The notes below the pieces were generated by a model, which saw only the letters and a list, made by a program, of their open reading frames with translations, had not been told where the DNA came from and did no database searches. A stretch of DNA of 64,000 nt from a virus. Taxonomy: Duplodnaviria > Caudoviricetes. Position 1 is the stretch's first letter. Every line of letters starts with the position of its first letter. The stretch covers positions 53,053-117,052 of the IMG/VR virus record IMGVR_UViG_3300021431_000005, one strand, 5' to 3'. Shown piece by piece: positions 1 to 11,249 of the stretch. The position numbers and the translations under genes are program-made.

Positions 1-446
1 TCGAGTTTAGGTATTCCAGTTGCGATTTTAAATTGATGATAGTTTTGCGCCCACTCAATTTTACCCGAAGCATAAGGCACACAACAGTTTGGAATGTTTT
101 GAAATGCTCCTGTAATATCAGCCATATTTGCATACAGTGTCAGACTAAGTTTATAATGCTTACCTGTGTACAATACTGCGCCATCATCATCGCCCGAAGC
201 ATTTATAAATATCTTCGGCACACTGCCTTTTTGCCATGCGTATTTTCCGTCATTGAACCAACGGTAAACAGTTTTTTTGACTAGCTTATTATTAGTGCAA
301 TTAAAAATACTCACAGTACAATACGCCAGCGTGTCACACCAGTTCGTAAACGATAATACGATCTGATTATCCGAATCTATCGACACAACTTTACCATTTC
401 TCAGATTTACGTCTGTTGGTGTTGCCAGTGCTGTTCTTCCTGCCAT
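1..446 (-). CDS. Putative tail protein downstream of the tape measure gene (partial, runs off left edge)
   Basis: Not in ORF track. Open frame MAGRTALATPTDVNLRNGKVVSID... from ATG at 446, preceded by AAAGGAG SD; located right after TMP. Confidence 0.7.
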   Translation of the reverse strand, partial: MAGRTALATPTDVNLRNGKVVSIDSDNQIVLSFTNWCDTLAYCTVSIFNCTNNKLVKKTVYRWFNDGKYAWQKGSVPKIFINASGDDDGAVLYTGKHYKLSLTLYANMADITGAFQNIPNCCVPYASGKIEWAQNYHQFKIATGIPKL

Positions 447-463
447 GAGGTCATCTCCTTTCA

Positions 464-497
464 TATTATAATTAAGAGGGGTTGTTACACCCCTCTA
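464..497 (-). terminator. Hairpin/terminator after tape measure gene
   Basis: AGAGGGGT-tgtt-AC(A)CCCCTCT inverted repeat in AT-rich flanks. Confidence 0.5.
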
Positions 498-508
498 TAT
501 TAATAGTA

Positions 509-3500
509 TCATTTCTTGCCAACCAAACGATTCATGTTGGCTTCACGGATATACCTATCCATATATCCCCTGAACTCATCATAATTCTTCGCTCTGATGT
601 CGTTACCAGTAAATACAATAGTTGTAGAATTATCTATGCTTCCAGTAGTTCGCTCGGTAATTCTATCTATGGTTTTGTTATTCATGTAATTCGGAGTTCC
701 GTTAAAGGCACTTGGGTAATTCATAGAACCCGAGAATACACTTGGCGCACTATTCATAAACCTGTTCATCTGTTCTGTTTGTCCTGTACTCAATAATTTC
801 CACAGCGTTGAAATCTGCTTATTGTTGAGAACCATTTCAGGATTAGACGGTGTTCCATGAAGCATCGCAGGCCCCGTAAAGTCTACAATGCCGCCCTTAG
901 AAAATCCTCTGAATGCCTTTAAAACACCTTCAAACAGAGAACCGATTACACCAGATTCTCCACCTTCCCTCAATGCAGAGGTAAATGCTTTTAATGCAAG
1001 AGTTTGTTTCTCGGTTGCATTAGCAAATCTTACAGAGTATTCTTCGTAGAAATCAAGGTATCCCTCTTGTTCCTTCTTTAGCTTTTCATACTGGTCGATT
1101 TGCTTGTCATACTCTTTGATTACGCTCTGTGCATCTTCGATTTGAGGTTCGATAATATAGTGTAACTGATTCTGGAATCCTGCATAATTCAGTGCAAAGG
1201 AGTTAATAAGTCCAGTGTCTTTTGCCATAACAGCATCACGCCAGCCATAACCAAGTATAGCTGCGGCATTGATTTCGTCCTGTGCATTTTTATACGAGTC
1301 GATTGCTTCTTGCCATGCTTCCTTATACTTTTCGTATGCCTCGATCTTCTCGTCAATCAAAGCAGTTTCTGCATCCCGCTGGCTTTCAAGTTCAGCTATA
1401 CGATTATTATTGAGCGCATCATCATATTCTCGCTGTGCCTGTTCGAGTACCGATTTGTCGCTTTCTATTCTGAATCCGCCACGTTCTTTATCGTAAACTC
1501 TGACTTGGGTGTTCCTTGCTTTTGCGAGTGCCAGTTCTTTTTCTCGGAGTTCGTTAGCACGATCACGTTCTTCATTTTCAGATTTAAGAGCGTCGATCTC
1601 GGTGTTGTATCTATCTTCAATTAACTTCTTCTCGTCTTCGAGAGACTTGATTTCTCGGTCGATTGCGTTCGATACCGCACTTGCCGCACTTTCATAATTA
1701 GAGATGATTGTTTCAAGAGCTTCTTTTTGCTCATTGAGGGATTCAAGAATTTCATTCTGCTTATCTTTCTCTTCTTCAATAGCCTTGATTTTATCATCGT
1801 ACAACTTAATTTGATTTTTGAGTTTAATAATAACATCGTTATACCCCGTGATAGATTCGGGTAACTCTTGTAATCTTGCTATAAGATTGTCAATGGCTTT
1901 GATTTGAGATTTATCAGTAAGCGTAGTCCTAATACTTCGCAGAGTTTCAACCAAATTGTCAGGCGCATTATCTCTAAGTTCAACAAGTTTTCCACGGAGT
2001 TTATCTGTATCGTCTATAACAGATATAAGCTCAGGATGGGCAGTAACTAATCCCCACGCTTCGTCATTATATGTACCTTCGTCAATTGAGTCGATGATCT
2101 GTTGTATAGATTCTACATCGCTCTTAATTGCATCTGCCTCATCAGAATACGAAGAGTAATCAAAAGACCCAGACGCAGCCTCCCAAAACTTCTTCGTCAG
2201 TTCGTTTATTTTGCTCGCAGCATTTTTAGCCGCTTCTTCTGCACCTTCGCCGGTAAATTCAAAACCGACCCTAAGTTTGAGATAGTCTTCTCCACCGCTA
2301 AGTACCTTTTGTGCATAATCTCTGACTTCTTCGTCACTAAGGAATCTAGGTGTGCCGTCCTTATCGTATGTTCGAGAAGAAAAGTTTGCCGCACCATTTC
2401 CTGAATTAGAAACGATAGTGGTAACTTTACCACCATTTTTAAGCCAAGCGTTGCCGCCTTTTTCGTATTCTTTAAGGGTATCAAAATACTCCTTGACCTT
2501 TTCAGCAGGACTTCTCGTGTCAACATTAACAGGTTGGTTAAACAATATATCAAGCAGGGTTTTCCAACTTGCCGTATTTTCTTTCGCTTTAAGAATATCG
2601 TCGTTGAGTGCCTTGACTTTCTTAGTATAATCTGCATACTCAGCCGCATCACTCGGAGAACTGATATTATCAGGGGAAGTCACAGTATAGCTTTCTTTGA
2701 TTGTATCAAGCTGTTTCTCTTTATCTTCCGCCCATTTCTCATTCGCTTCAATTTCTTTCTGTATGGTTTCTTTGGTTGACTTAAAGAAATTGTTTCTTGC
2801 TGTTTCAATATCAGAAAGCGCAATGGTGTAGCCGTCTGCGGTTTTAGTAAACTTGTCGGCGAGACTAGCATCAATATCAATAAGTTCTTTAACGTCAGCC
2901 GCTGAAAGACTCTCGCCTTGTAATAGAGCAGAGCGAGCGGAATCAAGTCTCGAAAGGCTTTCATTGGTTTTACTGTATGTTTCGTCCTTGAACTTTTTGA
3001 GATTCTGATTATAACCATCAAGCAGACTGTTGATTCCCACGGTCTTTTCAGCAATCATCGACTCAATATCATTGAATGTGGATTCTACGGTGTCCTTTGT
3101 AGCCGTATCATTATCGTCAATGCTTTTAAGAGCTACGTCCTTTAACGTTTTGATTGTTTCAGACCATGTATAAATCTCGGCGCTGTTGGATGAGCCGACG
3201 ATGTTTTGAGCGTAATTGTAAGCGTTGTTTAGAATCTGCTGAATATCCTCGGGAATTTCACCCTCGTTGGATTCTCCACCGTCAATCAATTTCTGCATTT
3301 CCTCAAACGAAGAAATCAATTCTTTGTCGCGAGATATTTTTTCTTTGAGTTCTTTGCGCTTTTTATCAATCGCAGTTAACCACGCCATCTCGTTCTTGTT
3401 GCTCTTATCTATTGCGCCATCCAAGTCTTTCCAGAGTTTATCAAGAGTATCTGCCTGTTCTTCAAGAGTACCAAATATACCGATATAATTGTAATTTTTG

Positions 3501-4561
3501 CTACCTTCTATTCCTTGGCGATACCCAATGTTTTGGTACTTCTCAATAGTTTCTTTATATTTTTCCCAATTTCCCCAACCACTTGCCTTTATTTCTGTTA
3601 TACCTTTTGTTCCAAAAGAAAGATAAGTGCCGCCGTTGGACATTGTAAAATCTTTGCCAGCAAATTGACTCTCCTGTTTTAATTCATCTTTGGCATTATC
3701 ATACCCTGTTTGATTCTCGTTAATAAATTCCTTGGCTCTTTCATAACGAGCCTTCTGTATCAGGTTAAGATTCTCAACATATTTGCCGTTGACTAAATCA
3801 ACAGCCTTAGCTTCGTCACCCAGTTTTTCAACCAGCTTATCCTGAATAGAAGTCAGTTCTTCCTTCGACTTAGTTAAGTCTTCGCCGCTTAAAGCAAGTT
3901 TGTCATAAGTGTCAATCAGTTCTTCAATGGCTTCCTGTTCGTTTTTATACTCTTCGACATTTTCTTTGAGCTTTTCAATAGTCTCTTCTATATCAGCTTG
4001 TGCTTCTTTTTCTTTGTTGATAAACGTGGTTATTCCAGCGATTATACTAGAAATTGCCATAGAGACACCAAATGTTAATACTGCATTGAGTGCTACGTTC
4101 GCCGCTGTATAAGCCACAGTCTTAGCCGTTGCTCCGACAAGCTGTTTAGCGCAATCTCCAAATCCCATCTTTGCGCCGTTAAGCCCCTTAATAGTTCCGC
4201 CGAGTTTTCCATCAAGGTCTGAAAGAGCATTGGTGTATGCAGTTACCTGTTCGGGTGCGCCATGTTTTACTAGGTCATTATACTGCTTGATAGCTTTAAA
4301 ACGCCCTACGATGCCGTTAGACAAATCAATCTGGGACTTATAGAAACTCTCCATGCTTACATTGGCGGCGTCAGTGTTTTTAGCAAACTCAATAAGGTCT
4401 TTGTTTACGTGTTTTAGAGAGTCGAGATTGCCACCCCGATATATTGCAGTATCTATTTCTTTAAAATCATCAACAGAATATTGAGAAAGTTTATTATATT
4501 TTAACCCTTTTAAAAATTCTATCCTTTTTTTATTTGTTGTTTTGTCGTTTATATTTACTAT
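509..4561 (-). CDS. Tape measure protein, exon 2 (about 1350 aa)
   Basis: Long coiled-coil; C-terminal GFSKGGIVDFTGPAMLHGTPSNPEMVLN motif typical of TMP C-termini; no credible RBS/start of its own; joins exon 1 in frame after predicted splicing. Confidence 0.85.
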   Translation of the reverse strand: MVNINDKTTNKKRIEFLKGLKYNKLSQYSVDDFKEIDTAIYRGGNLDSLKHVNKDLIEFAKNTDAANVSMESFYKSQIDLSNGIVGRFKAIKQYNDLVKHGAPEQVTAYTNALSDLDGKLGGTIKGLNGAKMGFGDCAKQLVGATAKTVAYTAANVALNAVLTFGVSMAISSIIAGITTFINKEKEAQADIEETIEKLKENVEEYKNEQEAIEELIDTYDKLALSGEDLTKSKEELTSIQDKLVEKLGDEAKAVDLVNGKYVENLNLIQKARYERAKEFINENQTGYDNAKDELKQESQFAGKDFTMSNGGTYLSFGTKGITEIKASGWGNWEKYKETIEKYQNIGYRQGIEGSKNYNYIGIFGTLEEQADTLDKLWKDLDGAIDKSNKNEMAWLTAIDKKRKELKEKISRDKELISSFEEMQKLIDGGESNEGEIPEDIQQILNNAYNYAQNIVGSSNSAEIYTWSETIKTLKDVALKSIDDNDTATKDTVESTFNDIESMIAEKTVGINSLLDGYNQNLKKFKDETYSKTNESLSRLDSARSALLQGESLSAADVKELIDIDASLADKFTKTADGYTIALSDIETARNNFFKSTKETIQKEIEANEKWAEDKEKQLDTIKESYTVTSPDNISSPSDAAEYADYTKKVKALNDDILKAKENTASWKTLLDILFNQPVNVDTRSPAEKVKEYFDTLKEYEKGGNAWLKNGGKVTTIVSNSGNGAANFSSRTYDKDGTPRFLSDEEVRDYAQKVLSGGEDYLKLRVGFEFTGEGAEEAAKNAASKINELTKKFWEAASGSFDYSSYSDEADAIKSDVESIQQIIDSIDEGTYNDEAWGLVTAHPELISVIDDTDKLRGKLVELRDNAPDNLVETLRSIRTTLTDKSQIKAIDNLIARLQELPESITGYNDVIIKLKNQIKLYDDKIKAIEEEKDKQNEILESLNEQKEALETIISNYESAASAVSNAIDREIKSLEDEKKLIEDRYNTEIDALKSENEERDRANELREKELALAKARNTQVRVYDKERGGFRIESDKSVLEQAQREYDDALNNNRIAELESQRDAETALIDEKIEAYEKYKEAWQEAIDSYKNAQDEINAAAILGYGWRDAVMAKDTGLINSFALNYAGFQNQLHYIIEPQIEDAQSVIKEYDKQIDQYEKLKKEQEGYLDFYEEYSVRFANATEKQTLALKAFTSALREGGESGVIGSLFEGVLKAFRGFSKGGIVDFTGPAMLHGTPSNPEMVLNNKQISTLWKLLSTGQTEQMNRFMNSAPSVFSGSMNYPSAFNGTPNYMNNKTIDRITERTTGSIDNSTTIVFTGNDIRAKNYDEFRGYMDRYIREANMNRLVGKK

Positions 4562-4589
4562 CGGACTTATAAATATATGTGGGAATATA

Positions 4590-4618
4590 TTGACAAAAAT
4601 ATAATTGCATGATATAAT
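4590..4618 (+). promoter_or_regulatory. Consensus sigma-A/sigma70 promoter driving the intron cargo gene
   Basis: TTGACA-17 nt-TATAAT with extended -10 TG; AAAGGAG SD at 4623-4629. Confidence 0.9.
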
Positions 4619-4629
4619 AATCAAAGGAG

Positions 4630-5097
4630 ATGATGAGAATGTCAGAGAAATATGTATTTATATGCCCAAAGTGTGGTCAAGTGGAGGGAATTACTTATCC
4701 TCATGGAACCATCGTTAATTGTTGTTTCTGTGAAACTCAATTATTAGAAACCAGTCTTACATTACATGAATCGGCTGAAGCAATAAGAAATGGTACGATT
4801 GAAATTATTGACCGCAAACTGTTCGAGCAGTATGTAAAAAACAATCCCTTGTATGACCAAAATGAGGCAGAACTTTCAAAGCTTAAAAGAGAAACTAATA
4901 AGATAGCGAACGAGATGCGGTACGCCGCCGAACGTGCTGTCAAAGAAGCAAACAAACCGCATTGTCCAGTATGCAACTCAACCAATGTTGAGCGGATCGG
5001 CGCAGTCCGCAAAGGTGTTTCAATTGCCGTTTTCGGATTGTTCAGCGGTGATATTGGAAAGACGATGGTTTGCAATAATTGCGGATATAAGTTCTAA
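4630..5097 (+). CDS. Zn-ribbon protein with short hydrophobic segment (moron-like), antisense inside the TMP intron
   Basis: CPKC, CCFC, CPVC and CNNC pairs; GVSIAVFGLFS hydrophobic stretch; own promoter and SD; no homing endonuclease motifs recognised. Confidence 0.85.
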   Translation: MMRMSEKYVFICPKCGQVEGITYPHGTIVNCCFCETQLLETSLTLHESAEAIRNGTIEIIDRKLFEQYVKNNPLYDQNEAELSKLKRETNKIANEMRYAAERAVKEANKPHCPVCNSTNVERIGAVRKGVSIAVFGLFSGDIGKTMVCNNCGYKF

Positions 5098-5451
5098 AAA
5101 CATTGTATTGATTTCGCCCTTTTCCCACTATGGCGGCGTGACCATATATGATTTTTCAGTATTAAATACTGTTGTCCAGAGTACCCCATCACGATTTTCT
5201 ACATATCGTTGTAGTTGACCGTGCTACCATTATACTCGTTGAACCTTCCTTTTCCAAGGCTTGGCTGCGGATTCGATAGCATTTCAGCTATCCTCCCCGA
5301 GCGAGAATCATAAAACTCGCTGTGCTATGCACCATGTTCGGTAGTTTTTCCAAAGCTCTCTTGTTGATATTACGAATACAATATCAACTCGTTCCGTGTT
5401 ACCACCAGAGCTTACTCGGGCATATTCGCTGAGGGCAAACATTTTAGCCCT

Positions 5452-8400
5452 ACCCGAGCCTGTTTTCATTTGCAGTCCAGTTAAACCGAACGCAGTCGCT
5501 ATTCCTGCGCCTGCCGCCGCACCATTCTTGGCGATTCCGTCTAATAATTCAAGAAGTGTCTTTGCGCCGTCAATGAGAAATTTGACGGCTTCGCTGTTTA
5601 CGGTATCAACTGATAACTGCTGCCATGTGGACTTCAACTGATTAAGTTTTCCGTCTATAGAATCAAGAGAAGATTCTAACTCCTTAGAAGCCGAACCTTC
5701 TGCAAGTCCCTCGTTCAAATCTTCAACAACTTTTTCTGCTGTCTCGAAGTTTCCAAGGATCGCCTGAACTGTATTAAGACCAACTTTACCACCAAGCATT
5801 TCGGCAATATCTGCTTGCTGCGAATCAGTTAACGTGTCATACACCCCAGAGATTTCTTTGAGTATCTGGTATGTAGATTTAAAAGTATTTTCGTCTTGCA
5901 TAATGTCAATTCTTGTAATACTTTTTATCTTATCACGCAGTTCAGCAGTAGTAATTGTCATTTCTTCTGCATCTTCGCCAAGCTGATCCGTTGTGCCTCG
6001 GATTCTTGCAGAAATAGATTTAAGTGCCGTGCCAACAGTTTCCGTATTCTGTACGATAGTATTGGCAGAAGTAATAAGACCTATGGATTCGTTGAGATCG
6101 TTGCCTGCCGCATTCAAGGATGCCGCCGACCTCTGTAACGCATCGCCTACTCCCTTGCTTGTGATTGCGAAGTTGTTGCCAGTATAATTGAACTTATCAA
6201 CAATTTCTTCTGCGGTTACGCCGATTTTCTCATAAGCCTGCATTGTCGAAATAATGCTTTGGCTCGCTGTCTGAATATCTAAATCGTCGCCGACGGTTTT
6301 ATAAACCGTTGCAAGTTTACCAAGATTTTCAGCTTCATTCAACGATTTACCTAATCGACTGAACTCAGAGGTTGCATCAACATAATCCGTGAGTGTAGCA
6401 CCTATATCCACAGAACGACCGCCTGCTGTATCTAAATACTGTTTGAGCTGTCTCTCGTTTGCATCTGTAACCTTTCTAAGATTCGTCATTGCAGTATCAA
6501 CTTCATGAACCTGAGTAACCATATCTTTGAGCAATCTCACAGTATAGTTCAAACTCTTGGTAACAAACGCCCAACCGCCGTACTTCTTATACAATTCTCC
6601 AAGTACGTTACCGAAAGTCTTGCCGGACACGCCAGCTTCTTTAACGGTTCTGTCAAGTGCCGACATATCCGCTCTTAATTTATTCAGGTCTTTATCACTT
6701 TGAATTGCGCCCATGCTTATCCTATTAGTTAGTTCTTCATAGGCTTTTGCGAAATAAGGGTCTTTAAGCGCCTTAGAGTTATCGTCACCCCATTTTCCGA
6801 GTCGCTTTACTGTTTCTTCGTATTTTTTCTGAAAAGCAATTGCTGCGTTATCTGCCTGCTCCTGCTCTTTCATCGCTTTATTACTTTCTTTTTGAGCAGT
6901 TGTAAAATTATTTACGGCTTCGGTAACTTCGTCAAGTCTGTTAATATATTCTATTAAAGGCTGAATTGAATTACCAAAGTATTGTTCTTTAAGAAAATCA
7001 GCGTCTTTTCCCTGAGCAGATGCCGCATTCACGATATATTCATTCTTTCGGCTCTCAAAATTGTTTGATAACGCTTCGAGCTGATTATTGTCAAGATTAC
7101 CGATATTTGCCAGAATCTTTTGCGTTTCCCCACCGCTATCTCTGAGTTGTTTTAATAGCTTTTTAAGTTTTTGAACCTTTTTAGAGAAGTCGTCTATCTC
7201 GATATTACTACCATCGAAATTAAACATTGTTAGTCTTGCATCGTCATAATCCTCGTATGCTTTGTGAATCTCGGATTCGTATACTTCAGGTTCTTCGGCT
7301 AAATATGGATTCTTTGAATAATTGCTTATTACCCCAAGTCTATATTCGAGAACTTTGAGTTTTTCTGTGTTACCGCCTGCAGCTTCAACCATTTTAATTG
7401 TACTACGCAATGTCTCTAACTTCTCATTTGCTTTCTCAGATTCAGAAATGATCTCTCTGAGTGAAATAGCTAAGTCAGAAACGGTTTGAATATCATGAGA
7501 TTCTTTTTGTAAATAATCAGTAAATCCCTGATCTTGACTATACAAATCTTCTTTGATTTGATTAACTGTATTACCAGATAAATTGGGTCGTTGAACCTTT
7601 TTGAGCATACTTTCGGCATTTGTATAAAAAGTAAGTATTTCATTAAACTTATGTTCAAAATCATCTATTGGTTGAGATGTGGCATTAGGATGATTATCAA
7701 AATACCGTTTTATGTATTCAAATGAATCAAATACTTTTTTTACCGAGTCAAAATAAGTTGTAATATCTTGCCCAAGAGTCGCAGCTCTTTTAACAATTGC
7801 AGGATTGCCATTGGTAGTTATGGGAAGAGTTTGGGAATACGACAAGAGAGTATTTATGTCACTAATGTTTTTTTTCTGCCAATTCCCGAAGGATCTATTG
7901 TGTTCTTCCAACTCCTCCATTAATTCTTTGCGTTTTTCTTCAGATAAGTTTGCCTTGTTTATCTTCTTCACAACGTCTTCAATGTTTGAATAGATAACAC
8001 GCATCTGTTCATATAATTCATTAAAGCCAGCTGTTGTGTGTGGCAATTGAGAATTGGTTTCTTTTAAAGATTTATCGAGAAATTCAAATAAATCATAATT
8101 CTCTTTTACTGTTGAAGATATTTCAAACGCTCTCTGTCTATCAGAGGCGGCGTTTTCAATTCCGCCAACGGTATTATCCTGAGTTTTAGAAGCGCCGCTG
8201 TTAACTATAGTTGGTTGATTTTTTTGTAACAGCTGCATAAGCTGTGCGAGCTGCGCTTGTGTCAGAAGACCACCGCTTGAATTTACTAATGCACTAAAAT
8301 TAGTAACCTCAGTTTTAAACGTCTTGCCAAGTTGCGCTATTATATTATCCAACTTCTTGCCAACGACATCAGCGTAATTGTCTTTGTTGTTAGCATTAGC

Positions 8401-10236
8401 AATCGACTTGTTGATTGAATCCGCCAAGGTTGCAATCTGTGTTTTGTAGAACACCTCGTTCACAGACTGTTCGTTGTCAACAGATTCAACTTGTATAGGC
8501 GAGTCAAACTTAGAAATCAGATTGTTGATAGCTTCTATTATTGTGTTAAGAAGATTGTTTACTTCGGGGGTCGTAGTATCATTCTGCTCTGTGTTTTCTT
8601 TTGTCTCAATAGCTTCGCTGATAAAGTCGTTTGTCCATTCGAGCCTGTTTTGTATATCCACGATACGCTCTGTTAACGATTCTTCATAAATGGGTTCTAC
8701 ACTTTCATCATTGTGCATTAACTGAGACTTTAAAAGACTATCTTCTGCAAAATCAACATTGATAGTTTGATTAAGTTTTTCGTAAATCGAATTAAGTTTT
8801 GTGCCAATAGAAGCAAGATTATTTATAATGTCAGGATCCACTGGTGTCTCAGGGGGAGGAGGTGAAGTTGTTGTGTCAGGATTTGATTCTTTTGGTTTAT
8901 TGTTTTGCTTAATTTCGATATGTTTTGACAAAACATCACTCTCGACGCTCTCTATCTTTTTGAGTCCGTCAGCAATCATCTTTATAGATTTTGCGATTGT
9001 ATCAAGTTTATTTGGAACTACAAAATCAATGTTGATTTCATGAGTCTTATTGTCTATTTCATTGAGTATATCAGACAAAACTTTTAGTCCATTATCTTGT
9101 ATATCAACTTTAATCTTAACGTCCTTGGATTCTACATTTGACAACTGTCCAATTGTTTGATCCAATTTGCCGACTTCTTTATTTACGTTCCCAACATTGC
9201 TTTCCAATGCTCTGATTGTATTATTGGTTGCATGAATATATTCTTGTAAAACAGAAACAGTTTGGCTCATTGGCGAAAGCGTAGTTTCGTTTACCGAATC
9301 AAAAGTATCCTTAAATATTTTTACAACCTGTATCATTCGTTTTATAACATCTTCAAGATTTTGAAAAGGAGAAGCCATTCCTTTTCCCGCATTTTCAATC
9401 GCATCAGTTGTTTTAGTTAGTTGTTTTATTTCTTTTGGTACAGGGAGTATATCGCTTGCTTTTATTGTGTCTTGGGTTAGTTTAAAATTATTATTCCATG
9501 CCCTTCCAAAGCTTGATGCTGAAACCCCTATTTCAGTATACAGGGCTTTAAAGTCATCTTTATATTGTTTAGTTTCATCCGAAAAAGATTCGAGAGTTTT
9601 AATACTACCCTTAATATTTGAATTGAAGTCTAAACTGGGATCAATTTTTAATAGTGTTTGAAGTTTATTTAATACACCATAGGCTTTATTTGCAGTATCA
9701 GACAGCATTCCAATTTCATCAACCATCGCTTCGTATGCTTCCTTTGTTGTCTTGCTGTCTTTTCTGCCGGATTGCATGGCGCGTTGTAGATTACCGAAAC
9801 TTTCTACCGCCTCTGGATCGCCAAGAGTTTCGTACATATTGGTTATTTCACTATTTAAATTAAGAAACTCGCTTTTTAAATTATCAAATGTTTTTTGAAG
9901 CGTTGCCTGATCCGTCATAATATCAGGTCTAATTTTCGAGAGAGTCCTAAGTCCTTCGAGAACTTCTTTGCGAAGTCCCTCGGAATCAAACTTGACTTTA
10001 AAAGTCTTGTTTATTATTTCGCTTCTGCCACCCATATTGAGTATGCGTCCAATAGCTTCGTTTACTTTGTTTAATTTTGAAGCTTCAACTGGACTATCGT
10101 TTTCTTTGATTATATAATTTGCCGTAATATTTACGCCTTTGGACTCAAGCTTTTGTATCTTTTTTTCTAAATCATCCAGTTCTCCGTTGTTGACTTTTGT
10201 ATCAAACACTATATCAAAATTGCTATTTTCATCCAT
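5452..10236 (-). CDS. Tape measure protein, exon 1 (about 1595 aa)
   Basis: TP901-type TMP core (VDTAMTNLRKVT, VDKFNYTGNNFAITS, GTALKSISARIRG); GAGGTG SD before ATG 10236. Confidence 0.9.
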
Positions 10237-10246
10237 TTGTCTCACC

Positions 10247-10747
10247 TCACTTCAATGTTTTCTTTATTGATTTTGCTACGGCTTCTTTTAATTTATGATC
10301 GGAGTGCAATTCGTTATATACCTTTTCGGTCAACCCCATACGCGCCCTTCTCCAAGAATAATGGTTTATCTGAGGTATTGTAGGAATCATACCAATACGT
10401 CCTTTATCCATCCATTCATATAAAAGCCCTTTTTTATTTTCTGATATAATAGGCGTACCAATTAGACTCTCGTTAGGTTCGGCTATGTTTCCTGCAATTA
10501 TTTTATTACCATCAAAGTTAACTTCGGTATTTTCTCTATCTATCAATCCGTCATTGTCACCACGTCTTTCATACATAGTTGGAGAATAACTGTCGTATAC
10601 ATTTTCTTTGATTATATTATACATTGCATCCTTTATAATTTCTGTTGCTTTGTTACGAAATTCCGAATCCCGAGACAGCTTTTGTGTTGCATCATCTACT
10701 GTTTCTTGAAGTATTTTACGAACTTCTTTTGCAGAAAACTTAGCCAT
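10247..10747 (-). CDS. Tail-module protein (HK97 gp10-like or tail completion, tentative)
   Basis: VYDSYSPTMYERRG motif; position before TMP. Confidence 0.55.
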   Translation of the reverse strand: MAKFSAKEVRKILQETVDDATQKLSRDSEFRNKATEIIKDAMYNIIKENVYDSYSPTMYERRGDNDGLIDRENTEVNFDGNKIIAGNIAEPNESLIGTPIISENKKGLLYEWMDKGRIGMIPTIPQINHYSWRRARMGLTEKVYNELHSDHKLKEAVAKSIKKTLK

Positions 10748-10754
10748 TTATAAA

Positions 10755-11249
10755 TCACTCCTTTGTATCTTCGTTTTCTTCAAGCGCTTCTATGGGTATC
10801 TTGTTGAGCATTTCGATAAATGCTTCATTGGAGAAAAGCGTATAGAGCGTGTCGATTACCTGTGTATTTATATCCTTTATACCCTTGCGCACCTTATAAA
10901 GTTCATCGTCAATATACTCATTGATAGTTGCACAAAGTTCATTATAGTCGTAATCAAGTTTCGGGACTACCTCATTATTAAATCTGTCCATAAAATCCCT
11001 GCTCATAATAACACCGAAGACATCTTCAAGGTCGTAATCTGTGCCAAGGTCGATACCAAAAATATGTCTGAGGATTGTCAATCTAATTCCAAACCTTCTG
11101 AACAGCGGTCGGAAGTTGCCATTTTCTGTATTAAAAAGTATCAATGCAGCACCCTTAGAAATCTCAACAAGATCTTTTACTGACAGTGTTGTGTTTATTT
11201 CAAATTCGCTAAAGCGATTCTTATTATCAATAAATTCTTTGATTGTCAT
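10755..11249 (-). CDS. Putative tail assembly chaperone
   Basis: Acidic protein between major tail and TMP; GAGGA SD. Confidence 0.5.
   Translation of the reverse strand: MTIKEFIDNKNRFSEFEINTTLSVKDLVEISKGAALILFNTENGNFRPLFRRFGIRLTILRHIFGIDLGTDYDLEDVFGVIMSRDFMDRFNNEVVPKLDYDYNELCATINEYIDDELYKVRKGIKDINTQVIDTLYTLFSNEAFIEMLNKIPIEALEENEDTKE

Larger units (their letters stand above)
4562..5451 (-). mobile_element. Group I intron in tape measure gene carrying an antisense cargo gene
   Basis: P1 CUCGGGU/GCCCGAG with U.G at the 5' splice site; Q-like AAUCCGCAGCCAAG; R GUUCAACGAGUA and S UACUC (P7); P9.0 GGAC/GUCC before terminal G; removal restores frame (KTGSG|IVNINDK). Confidence 0.88.

Noticed and set aside
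4562-4624. N-terminal 21 codons of the 1371-aa ORF as an independent gene start
   Set aside because: Lies in the intron 3' end, antisense to the cargo promoter, with no SD
5308-5451. C-terminal 47 codons of the 1645-aa ORF (RAKMFALSEY...)
   Set aside because: Read-through into the group I intron; not part of the mature TMP
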